64,000 bases of DNA from Chthonomonas calidirosea. Lineage in GTDB: Bacteria; Armatimonadota; Fimbriimonadia; Fimbriimonadales; Fimbriimonadaceae. The position numbers and the translations under genes are program-made. Where the stretch lies: NCBI GenBank assembly GCA_945859975.1, contig CAMAPH010000004.1, positions 83,212 to 147,211 of the forward strand, written 5' to 3'. Shown here piece by piece: positions 8,826 through 18,620 of the stretch (position 1 is the stretch's first letter; each line of letters begins with the position of its first letter). A model generated the notes under the pieces. The model worked only from the letters and a program-made list of their open reading frames with translations. It made no database searches and was not told where the DNA came from.

Positions 8826-10235
8826 ATGAGAATATACGGCACGCTTCCGGTTCTGGCCCTCATCTCGTCTTTTGCGTCCGCACAGACAAGCTTTTTGCCG
8901 GAAGAGCGAGACCGCATCACGCAATTTTGGAAGGAACCGTCACGGCTGGCGACGGTCGTGCCGGAGTCCGCCAACAAGCAAGGACTTTTTGTTGTGCGTC
9001 AAAGTCCAGAAGGTTCTTTTTGGCTCTGGAACTTTAACAAACTGCGCGGACTCGGCAAGGTTCCCCCAACCCAAACGGCACCCGTCGTTCCGGTCACATC
9101 GCCCGGTATCCAACCTGGTTCCGCAAAAGCTTGGGAAACGTGGCTTCAAGCAAAGCAGAAGTTCGATGAGTATCAAAGCGCTTTAGCCGCTAACGAGGAG
9201 AACCGCCTCGGCGGTTTTCCCACGGTGCCGCAAGTCGAGAGTCCCGACCCCGGTCCTGCTCCCTCAGATCTTGTCGCATTCGCGGGTGAACCACCCCGAT
9301 TCTTCGAGCCCGCACGACCGAACGAGTTTCGGATCGTGTTCCATGATGCGGAGTACCGCTACGTGGATAACGTGACCGTGCCGAAGCAGTACGCCTACTA
9401 CCGATTCCGACAAGGCGTCCGCGCGGCTGGAAAACCCGTTAAGGCGATGCCAGACGACGAACTGAACTCACTGTTTGAAAAGGCCGGAATCAGCCCCAAA
9501 ATGTGCAAAACCATGCGGGCGGTTTCCCTACTCGAAGGGGGATTTGAGAGCGTAAACACCTATGACACTGGCTACTTGAGTGTCGGCGTCATCCAGTTTG
9601 CTGCCCTTTCCGAAGGCGGCGGCAGCCTCGGCGCGGTTCTAGCGAAGATGGAATTGGAGTCTCCTACGGCATTCCAAGAACACTTCCGCAACTTCGGAAT
9701 CGATGTTTCGGATTCCGGCAAAATCCAGGTGTTTGATACCGACCAGCAGCAAGAGCTCGAGGGCCTAGATGCTGTACTCCGAATCATCGAAGACAAGCGA
9801 CTCACCGCCGTTTTCCAGCGCGCCGGAGAGCGGAGCGAAGAGTTCCGCATCAGCCAACTCAAAGTTGCCTACGAACGGTACTACCCAGCAAACGATGTTC
9901 TGCTTCTGAACACCACGAAAGGACCGATTCAGGGAACGGTAGCGGAGGTTTTCCGCACCGATGCCGGAATCGCCACGCTGATGGATCGGAAGGTGAACAC
10001 CGGCGGACTTGGGAACCTCACCGCTCTTCTCACTCAACTCGCCGAAAAGGTTGGGGCCACAAAACTTGCTGATCTCGCGACTTATGAGTACGAGCTCACC
10101 GAGGCCATGCAGTACCGGCACAACTTCCTGAACGACGCTTCCCTAGAAAAGCCTGCCGAACCGAAAGTTCGCACTTTGCCATCGCGAGGAAACAACGGGC
10201 GGTTTGGTCGGACTGGCGTTCGGAAGGGACGTTGA
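8826..10235 (+). CDS. Secreted protein with a probable lysozyme-fold domain
   Basis: Signal peptide from ATG 8826; VSLLEGGFESVNTYDTGYLSVGVIQF resembles the Glu...GxxQ signature. Confidence 0.6.
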   Translation: MRIYGTLPVLALISSFASAQTSFLPEERDRITQFWKEPSRLATVVPESANKQGLFVVRQSPEGSFWLWNFNKLRGLGKVPPTQTAPVVPVTSPGIQPGSAKAWETWLQAKQKFDEYQSALAANEENRLGGFPTVPQVESPDPGPAPSDLVAFAGEPPRFFEPARPNEFRIVFHDAEYRYVDNVTVPKQYAYYRFRQGVRAAGKPVKAMPDDELNSLFEKAGISPKMCKTMRAVSLLEGGFESVNTYDTGYLSVGVIQFAALSEGGGSLGAVLAKMELESPTAFQEHFRNFGIDVSDSGKIQVFDTDQQQELEGLDAVLRIIEDKRLTAVFQRAGERSEEFRISQLKVAYERYYPANDVLLLNTTKGPIQGTVAEVFRTDAGIATLMDRKVNTGGLGNLTALLTQLAEKVGATKLADLATYEYELTEAMQYRHNFLNDASLEKPAEPKVRTLPSRGNNGRFGRTGVRKGR

Positions 10236-10307
10236 ACCCATTAGCTTTCTTGTTCTATAGCCCCGGGTGTATAATCCGGGCACCGAAACCTCGGGCAAAT
10301 TCCGGCC

Positions 10308-11099
10308 ATGCAACGCTTTATTAACTGGATTAAGAGTCTTTTCAACCGCACCATGGATCGGCTAGAAGATCCCGAGATGATGCTGGATCAAGCACGTCGC
10401 GACATGCAGCAGGCTCTCGTTGCTAACCGCGAAAAGGCCGTGCAGGCCATTACCCAGAAGAACCGTTTGCAGGGAATGCTGGAAGAGGCAAACAAGAAAA
10501 GCGCTCAACTAGAAAAGCAAGCCGCGATGGCATTGCAGCAAGGAAAGCGCGATCTCGCAACGAACTTCATGCGCGAGAAGATGACAAACGACGCTACGAT
10601 TGCAACGCTTCAGGCTTCGTACGATAGCGCCGTGCAGACCGTTGAGCAAGTTAAGGTCGCCATCAAGCGACAAGACGAAGAAGTTCGCGCCAAGACCGCC
10701 GAAGCCCTCGCCATGAAGGCGCAGTGGAAGCAGGCTCAGATTCAGAATTCAATCTCCAAAGCCCTCGACGGCTTGACCTTCGAAAACCAATTTGAAGGAT
10801 TTGGCGCCGCAAGTGAGCGAATCAAGGAAGCTCAGTCGGAGGCCGCTGCTCGACAAGAGATGTTCAGCACATCCATCCAAGGCAAGATGATGATGATGGA
10901 AGACACCTCCCGCGACATGGAAGCGGAGAGCGAACTCGAAAAGCTGGAACAGCGACTGGGTCTCAAGCCGGCAACGCAAGAAGCGAGCACCGCGACCGTT
11001 TCGGTTGGACTCAACGGAGTTGCCGCTAGCGAAGCCGTCATTCAGTCTGAAGCCGAGAAGCAACTCGAAGAACTCGAGAAGCGACTCAAGTCAGACTAG
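10308..11099 (+). CDS. pspA: PspA/IM30 family protein
   Basis: EDPEMMLDQ motif and a long coiled coil; TATAAT at 10270-10275 upstream. Confidence 0.9.
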   Translation: MQRFINWIKSLFNRTMDRLEDPEMMLDQARRDMQQALVANREKAVQAITQKNRLQGMLEEANKKSAQLEKQAAMALQQGKRDLATNFMREKMTNDATIATLQASYDSAVQTVEQVKVAIKRQDEEVRAKTAEALAMKAQWKQAQIQNSISKALDGLTFENQFEGFGAASERIKEAQSEAAARQEMFSTSIQGKMMMMEDTSRDMEAESELEKLEQRLGLKPATQEASTATVSVGLNGVAASEAVIQSEAEKQLEELEKRLKSD

Positions 11100-11101
11100 G
11101 A

Positions 11102-12241
11102 TCACTTTACGGTAGAGCCGATCCCGGACCTTGATGGCTTCGGGGTCGGCTTTTTTGTGATCAAAGCTCGGTACACCAGTTCTGTACTGGCCTCCATTGC
11201 CTCGGCGCTAAACAGCTTGCGCGCCCGAACCCGCGCCTTGCTGCTCATTTCAATTCGACGCGAGGAATCCTGCAACAACTCCATGCACCCCTGTGCCAGT
11301 GCCCGGACATCGTAGGCAGGCCGTAGAATTCCGACATCTGGCGTGACAACTTCTGGAATGCCACCAACGCGGGTTGCCACCGTCGGGAGGCCCAGAGCCA
11401 TCGCTTCCACAAGCGCGATCCCCATTGCTTCCTGGTGGCTGGGGAATAAGAAGAGATCCATCGCCGCCAAGTACGGCCGAATGTCCGACTGGTAGCCGAC
11501 AAACCGAACGTGGTTAACGAGGCCGAGATCCTCGGTCACGGATCGTGCGGCATCGAGCCCATCTCCATCGCCTACCAGCAGATAGCAGAGATTCGGAAAG
11601 TGCTCGGTAAGGATTCCCACAGCCCGAATTCCGTCCTCAATCCCCTTCATCGCGGTGATGCGCGAAACCGTTCCGATGACCGGTCCAACGTTATCCAGGC
11701 CCAGCGCCATCCGAGAGGCATCTCCGTTTGCGTGAAAGTCGGCCAGGTTCAGCCCGTTGTAAACCACGGTGACGTCGCTGGCCAAAATGCCCTGAGCCAT
11801 CATGTGGCTCTTCACTTGTTCGCTCACCGCGATCATGTGGTCTGAGAAAGTGAACGAGAGCTTCCCGCTCATTCCATGCACGGTGCTCACCGACGGCACT
11901 TTCGCAATCCGTGCCGCCAGTCCTCCGTTGACGCTGCTCGTGCTGAGGTGGGTATGAATGACGTCGTACTTTTCTCGCTTGATGTGCCGAGCCATTTGGA
12001 TGGCGGCAACAAGATCGAGCTTTAGCCGAACCCGAAACTCTCGGTTTGCAAAGCCACGTGCACGCACCTGAGATCCGAACCGCTTGCCCGCGAAGGTCGC
12101 GAACTCGACCGTGTGTCCCGCCGCGCGTTGGGCCTCGCCAAGGGTAAGCAAAGAAAGCGCCGCGCCGTACACCGCTTCGCGAGCGGAGCAAATTTGTAAA
12201 ATTCTGAGGCCAGAATTCGGCTGAATCGGACTAGGCGGCAT
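11102..12241 (-). CDS. Glycosyltransferase family 4
   Basis: IHTH, STVHG, EAMGIALVEAMA (EX7E), VGGIPEVV. Confidence 0.9.
   Translation of the reverse strand: MPPSPIQPNSGLRILQICSAREAVYGAALSLLTLGEAQRAAGHTVEFATFAGKRFGSQVRARGFANREFRVRLKLDLVAAIQMARHIKREKYDVIHTHLSTSSVNGGLAARIAKVPSVSTVHGMSGKLSFTFSDHMIAVSEQVKSHMMAQGILASDVTVVYNGLNLADFHANGDASRMALGLDNVGPVIGTVSRITAMKGIEDGIRAVGILTEHFPNLCYLLVGDGDGLDAARSVTEDLGLVNHVRFVGYQSDIRPYLAAMDLFLFPSHQEAMGIALVEAMALGLPTVATRVGGIPEVVTPDVGILRPAYDVRALAQGCMELLQDSSRRIEMSSKARVRARKLFSAEAMEASTELVYRALITKKPTPKPSRSGIGSTVK
11116..11156 (+). terminator. Intrinsic terminator of pspA, lying inside the 3' end of the convergent GT4 gene
   Basis: AGCCGATCCCGGA / TTCGGGGTCGGCT stem (with G-U pairs) running into a T6 tract. 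Confidence 0.75.
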
Positions 12242-12932
12242 TTCGATATGCTCTAAGCAACTTCAGTAGGAACAGGGGTCCCCAGGTGTCTGCGCGAACA
12301 TTGATCCTGCGCAAATCAAACTGATCCGACTCAGCCCGATTACTTCCCTTTCTGGTTCCGCATGCTGCTTCAAAGCCAGCCGTCTGAACCACCCTTTTCA
12401 CCGTCGCGTTGCTTTGCCCGTAAGGGTAGCAGAAAGTTTTGACGCAACGTCCAAAAAGCTCCTGAAGTTGGTCTTTTGCCCCGTTAACCTCGTCCGAAAG
12501 TTGATTTTCCGCAATATCCGCTAGGTGTGCGTGGGTTGCAGAATGGCAACCAATTCGGTTTCCAGCCGCCAACCACGCTTGCACCTCATCAACCGACATC
12601 AGCGGTTCCAGCCCGTCGTCCCAATCATTCGTCGCCCCCAAGCGCTCCGAAACGAGATACACAATCCCGAAAAATCCGGTCGCCTGCATCGCTGGACTCG
12701 CATATGTGAGGTTGTTTCGGTACCCGTCATCGAACGTAATCGCGATGGGTCGGTTTACGGAGAAGACCCCGTCATACGGCGCGAGATCAACCGAGGTGAA
12801 TTTGAGCGCCCGGAGCCACTGCATGTGCCGTCCGAAAGCGGCGTGTGAAACGTAATGACCCGCTACGTGGGAACCAGCCACCACCGGGCCGACCTTGTGA
12901 TACATCAGGATAGGTAGGCGAGTGGCCGGCAT
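12231..12932 (-). CDS. Polysaccharide deacetylase (CE4/NodB)
   Basis: ILMYH, ITFDDGY, HSATH, FCYPYG. Confidence 0.9.
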   Translation of the reverse strand: MPATRLPILMYHKVGPVVAGSHVAGHYVSHAAFGRHMQWLRALKFTSVDLAPYDGVFSVNRPIAITFDDGYRNNLTYASPAMQATGFFGIVYLVSERLGATNDWDDGLEPLMSVDEVQAWLAAGNRIGCHSATHAHLADIAENQLSDEVNGAKDQLQELFGRCVKTFCYPYGQSNATVKRVVQTAGFEAACGTRKGSNRAESDQFDLRRINVRADTWGPLFLLKLLRAYRNAA

Positions 12933-12941
12933 GGTTGCGGA

Positions 12942-13148
12942 TTAAGGAGCCGTTGGCCCGCCACGCTTGGCGGCAATATCTTTCCGCATCTGCTCGCGTC
13001 GCTGGCGATCTTCGGCGTTGATTCGCTTCGAGAGCACGCTGCCGAAGGCAATAAATGACCAGATGAGAAGCGCTCCAACCCCTACCGCCATGTAACCGTA
13101 CGGCGTGTTCAACGCAATGAACCCTGCATTCGACGCTTCGCTTCTCAT
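12942..13148 (-). CDS. Small single-TM hypothetical protein (start uncertain)
   Basis: One hydrophobic helix plus charged tail; fills the gap upstream of the deacetylase. Confidence 0.5.
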   Translation of the reverse strand: MRSEASNAGFIALNTPYGYMAVGVGALLIWSFIAFGSVLSKRINAEDRQRREQMRKDIAAKRGGPTAP

Positions 13149-13205
13149 TTCTGTAGCTAACCTCAAACCCGGTTGCGGTTGATGAGTCACTGCTAGAATC
13201 ACCAC

Positions 13206-13544
13206 GTGGTTACTTCTCTGGACCGGCTAATCGTAATGACGTCTCGAATGACCGACGCCATCCACTTTTACCAATCCGTTCTGGGTGGCGAGCTCGTTGC
13301 ACAGAGTGAGCACTGGAGCCTAGTCCGCTTCCCTGGCTTCGAAATTGGCCTACATTCCGCAACCATCATCCAGCCAGGTGGCCCGGTCATCGGAATGCGA
13401 GTTCCGAACCTCATGGATGCAGTTACGACCCTCGCCGAATTCGGCATTTCGCCGGGAGAAATTCACGAAATTCCGTCAGGCCGAGTGGTTTCAATCTCGG
13501 ATCCCGACGGAAATCAAATTCAGCTCGTCGAACGCGACGCTTAG
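13206..13544 (+). CDS. VOC/glyoxalase family protein
   Basis: AIHFYQSVLG and DPDGNQIQL motifs. Confidence 0.85.
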   Translation: MVTSLDRLIVMTSRMTDAIHFYQSVLGGELVAQSEHWSLVRFPGFEIGLHSATIIQPGGPVIGMRVPNLMDAVTTLAEFGISPGEIHEIPSGRVVSISDPDGNQIQLVERDA

Positions 13545-14713
13545 TCGACCTTTGGCGGTCGCGGATCGCTGTACTCGTCGACACCAAGTGCCGCTGGACG
13601 CTCAGGCTGCGTTGTCGGGGTTACGTACCGACTTTCCTCGCTGGCGGTTCGGACGCCGAGCATGACTTCCAGCGCGTGCAGAGCGAGTTCTCCGCTGGCT
13701 CGATGCTTGGCTCCGGTGCGAATGCCGATGGCCATGTCCATCACGCCGAGACCGCGGCTGTTTTCGTTGAACGTATGCACGTTCTCTAGGGTGCGCCAGT
13801 CCTCGTCATCGTGCCGCTTCAGCTTGACTTCGCCGCCAAAGTTGTTCGGGTCTGGAACGAGCAAGGTGCCCTCCGTTCCGTAAATCGTGATCGGGTGGGC
13901 CCAGTCGTTGCGGTGGTGCCATATGTCAAAGCTCGTGCAGAGATCGCCGATTGCACCGCTCTCGAAGTCGAGCACTCCGACGTAGTGAGTGGGGGTTTCG
14001 ACGGGAATCTCGTAGCCGGTTTCCGCAAATGCCGCCCGGTCAGGCCGCGCGTAATACCGCTCGTTCTTCAGCGACACTTTGCGGGCTGTCTGGCTAGCTC
14101 TCGCCGAACCACTGACTCGCTTCACGGGTCCAAGCAGGTTCGTCAGCGCCGTCACGTAGTACGGACCCATGTCGAGCATTGGGCCGCCGCCGTTCTGATA
14201 GAAGAAATCCGGATTTGGGTGCCAATCTTCTGGGCCATGGGCCAAGAAGGCGGCCTGGGCTCCGATTGGCGTACCAATCAGGCCGTCGTCAATCGCTCGA
14301 CGCGCGGTCTGCTGCCCACCGCCAAGAAAAGTATCCGGAGCGCAACCGACGCGCAGCCCCTTCTCTGCTGCCGAAGCGACCAGCGCTTGCGCATCAGAAA
14401 GGCTCACCGCGAGTGGCTTTTCGTTATAAACGTGCTTGCCGTTCTCCAGCGCTTGCAGAGCGACGGGACCGTGGGCAGCGGGAATCGTCAGGTTCAGGAC
14501 CAACTCAACATCAGAATCTCGAAGCAGCTCTTCTACCGAGAGAGCCTTCGGAATTGATTTCTCCGCCGCGACTCCGCGTGCCCGATCCTGATCAATATCG
14601 GCGCAGGCGATAAGGTCAACCCCGGCGAATGCCTGAAGGCATTCAATGTAAATTCCGCTGATATTTCCGACACCAATAATCCCAACTCGAACTGCTTCCA
14701 TGCTCTGCCTCAC
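13541..14713 (-). CDS. Gfo/Idh/MocA family oxidoreductase
   Basis: GIIGVGNIS, HVYNEKP, LDMGPYY. Confidence 0.9.
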   Translation of the reverse strand: MRQSMEAVRVGIIGVGNISGIYIECLQAFAGVDLIACADIDQDRARGVAAEKSIPKALSVEELLRDSDVELVLNLTIPAAHGPVALQALENGKHVYNEKPLAVSLSDAQALVASAAEKGLRVGCAPDTFLGGGQQTARRAIDDGLIGTPIGAQAAFLAHGPEDWHPNPDFFYQNGGGPMLDMGPYYVTALTNLLGPVKRVSGSARASQTARKVSLKNERYYARPDRAAFAETGYEIPVETPTHYVGVLDFESGAIGDLCTSFDIWHHRNDWAHPITIYGTEGTLLVPDPNNFGGEVKLKRHDDEDWRTLENVHTFNENSRGLGVMDMAIGIRTGAKHRASGELALHALEVMLGVRTASEESRYVTPTTQPERPAALGVDEYSDPRPPKVD

Positions 14714-14749
14714 CTCTGTCCCGATAGGTGATCTTACCAGTACCGGGAT

Positions 14750-15727
14750 TTAGAGGTCGCGATCTGAAGAGTGTCCCGGGAACAGCTTTGCGTCTGGATC
14801 AAGGCGAGTCTTCGCGAAACAAACGGCGGTTGCGGCTTCCCCAACCCCGGTCGCAATCAGCTTCAGTTTTTCGGCAAAAGAGCAAACGTCGCCGATCGCA
14901 AACACTCCCGGAAGGTTCGTTTCGAACTTGTGATCCACGACCACTTGGTTCTTCTGGATATCCAGCCCCCAGTCCTTAATGGGCCCGAGCGACGACTTGA
15001 ATCCGATATTTACAACAATCGCGTCGCAAGGAAACTCCTGAATTTCCTTGGTCTGGGTGTTCTCCAGCGTGATCCCTTCGAGCTTATCCGTGCCGTGCAG
15101 CGCCTTCACCGCGCGCCAGAGGTGCATCTCCACCCGGCTGTTCTGAACTTGGTGCACGCTATCTTCGTGAGCCTTGAAGACGTCACGTCGGTGGATCAAA
15201 CTAATTGGCCCCGCCGTGTCCAGCAGGTTGAGTGCCCAGTCAAAGGCCGAGTCGCCGCCGCCGACAATCGCGACGCGTTTCCCTTCCAGGCTCTTCTTAT
15301 CGCGCACACCGTACATCAGTCCGCGTCCGATGTAATGCTCCTCATTCTCCACCCCAAGTTTTGTTGGGGAGAAAGCACCGGCACCGGCAGAAATGATCAC
15401 GGTGCGCGTTGGATAAACCCCTGCCTCGGTTCGGATGGCGTAGCCCTCATCGGTCTTCTCGAGCTGATTCGCCGTCTCTTCCAGCACGATTTCCGGATTG
15501 AACTGCGTCCCCTGCTCGATCAGGTTCTTGGCCAAATCCTTCGCCAGCACCTTCGGGAATCCCGGCATGTCGTAAACGTATTTCTCGGGATACAGTGCGG
15601 TGAGCTGGCCGCCCAGTTCGGAAAGTGAATCCACAATCCGCACGCTCATGCCTCGCAGTCCCGCATAGAACGCCGCAAAAAGGCCGCAAGGCCCGCCCCC
15701 AATTATCGTCACGTCAACCGTATTCAT
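14750..15727 (-). CDS. Ferredoxin-NADP+ reductase (TrxR-like, YumC type)
   Basis: GGGPCG, LYPEKYVYD, GGGDSA, HRR, C-terminal PGHSS; no CxxC. Confidence 0.88.
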   Translation of the reverse strand: MNTVDVTIIGGGPCGLFAAFYAGLRGMSVRIVDSLSELGGQLTALYPEKYVYDMPGFPKVLAKDLAKNLIEQGTQFNPEIVLEETANQLEKTDEGYAIRTEAGVYPTRTVIISAGAGAFSPTKLGVENEEHYIGRGLMYGVRDKKSLEGKRVAIVGGGDSAFDWALNLLDTAGPISLIHRRDVFKAHEDSVHQVQNSRVEMHLWRAVKALHGTDKLEGITLENTQTKEIQEFPCDAIVVNIGFKSSLGPIKDWGLDIQKNQVVVDHKFETNLPGVFAIGDVCSFAEKLKLIATGVGEAATAVCFAKTRLDPDAKLFPGHSSDRDL

Positions 15728-15827
15728 TCGGAACCAACCATTAAACCAGACGATCTCTCAATTTCCAAATCGTTCTCACCTGATCTACGTGGGTCCACCG
15801 CAATCTGCGATCCATCCATAATCAGGC

Positions 15828-16277
15828 ATGATCTCCCAAGCCGTTTCTGAACCCATTCTCGCCGCCGTCCGAGCCTCCGAACTTTATGGAAGAGCCCTCC
15901 GCGACTTCGCGATGACCCAGCTCTCAGAACAGCCGAACTACAACTGGAGCGGCATGTACCGGCTCGAAGGCGACACGCTCGTGCTCGATGCCTACGTTGG
16001 AGCAGAAACGGACCACACCCACATCCCGGTCGGACGCGGAGTGTGCGGCACCGCCGTCGCCGAGAATGCGAATCAAGTCATCGAAGACGTCCGCGAACTG
16101 AGCAACTACCTTTCTTGCTCCGTCCAGACGCGAAGCGAGATCGTCGTTTTGATCCACGCCGAAGATGGAACGATTCTCGGCCAAATCGACATCGATGGGC
16201 ACACGGTCGGCGCGTTCGATCAAAGTGACGAAGCTTTCCTATCTGCCATCGGCGAGCTTCTCGCTCGTCGTTGGTGA
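15828..16277 (+). CDS. GAF domain protein (free Met-R-sulfoxide reductase MsrC-like)
   Basis: GRGVCGTA, YLSC, RSEIVV, QIDID. Confidence 0.8.
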   Translation: MISQAVSEPILAAVRASELYGRALRDFAMTQLSEQPNYNWSGMYRLEGDTLVLDAYVGAETDHTHIPVGRGVCGTAVAENANQVIEDVRELSNYLSCSVQTRSEIVVLIHAEDGTILGQIDIDGHTVGAFDQSDEAFLSAIGELLARRW

Positions 16278-16326
16278 TGTGCTTCCGATTCGGCGCGGTG
16301 CTGCGCCAATTGGTACCATCTAGCGC

Positions 16327-17202
16327 ATGGGTCATATCGTCGTAGAAGCCGCCGAAGCGCTGTTGGATAAAGAGATTCCCGTCCTAGACCACGGCTTCGT
16401 GCGCCTCGTCGATTACCTCGGTGGAGACGCCCGCATCGTGCAGTCCGCCCGCGTCAGCTACGGGGCCGGCACCAAGACGTTCCGCCAAGATCGCGGCCTG
16501 ATTCATTATCTGCTCAAGAACGCTCACACAAGCCCCTTCGAGCAGGTTCAGCTGACCTTCCACACCAAGATGCCGATCTTTGTGGCCCGCCAATGGGTGC
16601 GACACCGAACTGCGCGGCTCAACGAAATCAGCGGCCGATACTCGGTGATGAAGGACGAGTTCTATCTCCCTCTGCCAGAGCACGTTTCCTATCAGAGCGA
16701 ATCCAACAAGCAAGGCCGCGCCGGTGCCTTGCCGCCAGACGAAGCGGAAGCCGTCATCCAGACCCTGAAGGCCGAACAAGTCGCTGCCTACGCCAGCTAC
16801 GAAAAGATGATCGAGCAAGGTGTCGCTCGCGAGCTCGCCCGCACCAACCTGCCCATCTCGCTCTACACCGAGTGGTACTGGCAAATCGACCTTCACAACC
16901 TCTTCCACTTCCTGCGCCTGAGACTAGATGGCCACGCGCAGTACGAAATTCGTGTCTACGCCGAAGCGATGGCCCAGTGCGCAAAAGCAGTCGCGCCGAT
17001 CGCTTTTGAAGCCTTTGAGGAACACCTAGTCGGCTCCGTCGACTTCAGCCGCTCCGAGTGCGCTGCGCTCGCCGCTCGACTCCGCGGCGAGCCGATTCAG
17101 CTCGAAGGAAAAGCCCTCGAACGGTTCGAAGCCAAGCTTGCGCACATGCTCGCTGCCAACGCCCCGGACGATGCACCCGAAGAACCCCAGCTACCCGCTT
17201 GA
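16327..17202 (+). CDS. thyX: FAD-dependent thymidylate synthase
   Basis: HTSPFE and RQWVRHRTARLNEISGRY (RHRx7S) motifs. Confidence 0.95.
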   Translation: MGHIVVEAAEALLDKEIPVLDHGFVRLVDYLGGDARIVQSARVSYGAGTKTFRQDRGLIHYLLKNAHTSPFEQVQLTFHTKMPIFVARQWVRHRTARLNEISGRYSVMKDEFYLPLPEHVSYQSESNKQGRAGALPPDEAEAVIQTLKAEQVAAYASYEKMIEQGVARELARTNLPISLYTEWYWQIDLHNLFHFLRLRLDGHAQYEIRVYAEAMAQCAKAVAPIAFEAFEEHLVGSVDFSRSECAALAARLRGEPIQLEGKALERFEAKLAHMLAANAPDDAPEEPQLPA

Positions 17203-17621
17203 ACGTTTTCGAGATCGCATCCGAAGCTGAACTTGCCCAGCTTGCCGAGAAGCTGCTCCCCCAGTGGAGCGTGGGAGACATCGTCGCGTTGGAAGGTCCC
17301 TTGGGTGCCGGAAAGACCACTTTCGTCCGCGCCTGCCTGCGAGCTTGCGGCTACGAAGGGGCAGTGAGATCGCCAACCTTCAACCTCATTCAATCTTTCC
17401 CGACCGATCCGCCGATCCTGCATTCCGACCTGTATCGAGTCAAGAGTGCGGCGGGGTTGGGTTTTGAAGACGAGTTTGCCGACCAGCTGACGTTCATCGA
17501 ATGGCCGGACCGAATGGCGGATTTGATCCCAGCCGAAGAATGCTGGTGGGTTCAAATTGAGTTTGGCCAAACCGCCGAAGCCCGAATCGTTACCGTCACG
17601 CCCCCCATTTCGGGTCGCTGA
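17199..17621 (+). CDS. tsaE: tRNA t6A biosynthesis ATPase TsaE
   Basis: GPLGAGKTT, VRSPTF, HSDLYR, IEW. TTG start overlaps the thyX stop. Confidence 0.93.
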   Translation: MNVFEIASEAELAQLAEKLLPQWSVGDIVALEGPLGAGKTTFVRACLRACGYEGAVRSPTFNLIQSFPTDPPILHSDLYRVKSAAGLGFEDEFADQLTFIEWPDRMADLIPAEECWWVQIEFGQTAEARIVTVTPPISGR

Positions 17622-17641
17622 TTCTGGTGTAGCATTACCAA

Positions 17642-18619
17642 ATGGCGCTTCGGGTTGGGTTCGTTTCTTCGGCGCACCAGCACGCCCATGCCTATGTCCA
17701 CGGACTTCGCACCGTGCCGGGCTGCACTTTTGCTGGAATCTGGGACCGCAAGCCAGAGCGCCGAAGCTCCTTCGCCGTGCAGCACGGCATCCCCGAGTTT
17801 GAGTCGCTAAGTGACCTCCTCGGCCAATGCGACGCCGTCGTGATTGCCAGCGAGAACAAGCGGCACGCCGAAGATATCGAAGCCGCTGCCGCGGCTAACC
17901 TGCACTTCATCTGCGAAAAACCGATCGCAACAACCCCAGAGGAAGCGGCCAGGATTCGCGCCGCCGTTGCCAATCACACCGGCGTCAAAATGACCGCCTT
18001 TCCCTGCCGCTATAGCCCGGCGTACCAAAGCCTGCGGTCGAAAGTGGCCAACGGCGACATCGGCACGCTTCGCGCTGTTTGCTCCACCAATCGAGGAACC
18101 TGCCCGTTCGATTGGTTCGTTGATGTTGCCGAATCCGGCGGCGGCGCCATGATCGACCACGTCGTCCACGTCACTGACCTTTTGCGAGACCTGCTTCAAG
18201 AGGAAGTGGGACGCGTCCAAGCCCAAACCGGCAATGGCGTCTACGCCCAATCCTGGGAAGACACCGCGATGGTGACGCTTGAATTCCCGTCCGGCGCGTT
18301 CGCAACCATCGATTCTTCTTGGTCTCGCCCCGCAGGATTTCGAACCTGGGGCGACGTCATGTTGAACGTGGTTGGAGAAGCCGGCGTCATCGAACTGGAC
18401 ATGTTCAGCCAAGAAGTCCACCGTTACGGCGTCGGACAAAAGAGCCATACCGTTGCCAACTACGGCTCGGATCTCGATGCCCTCATGATCGCCGAATTCC
18501 TGAGTGCAATCAATGAAGGTCGCCAAGGACGAACGACTCTTGAGGACGGGCTCAAAGCCAGCGAAGTGGCGATGTCCGCCTACCAAAGCGTCCAATCCCG
18601 CGAGGTCGCGTCGCTCTAA
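17642..18619 (+). CDS. Gfo/Idh/MocA family oxidoreductase
   Basis: CEKP and GGGAMIDHVVH motifs. Confidence 0.88.
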   Translation: MALRVGFVSSAHQHAHAYVHGLRTVPGCTFAGIWDRKPERRSSFAVQHGIPEFESLSDLLGQCDAVVIASENKRHAEDIEAAAAANLHFICEKPIATTPEEAARIRAAVANHTGVKMTAFPCRYSPAYQSLRSKVANGDIGTLRAVCSTNRGTCPFDWFVDVAESGGGAMIDHVVHVTDLLRDLLQEEVGRVQAQTGNGVYAQSWEDTAMVTLEFPSGAFATIDSSWSRPAGFRTWGDVMLNVVGEAGVIELDMFSQEVHRYGVGQKSHTVANYGSDLDALMIAEFLSAINEGRQGRTTLEDGLKASEVAMSAYQSVQSREVASL

Positions 18620-18620
18620 A

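Noticed and set aside
10261..10280. CCCGG-N9-CCGGG around TATAAT upstream of pspA
   Set aside because: A 5-bp stem is expected by chance in GC-rich DNA.
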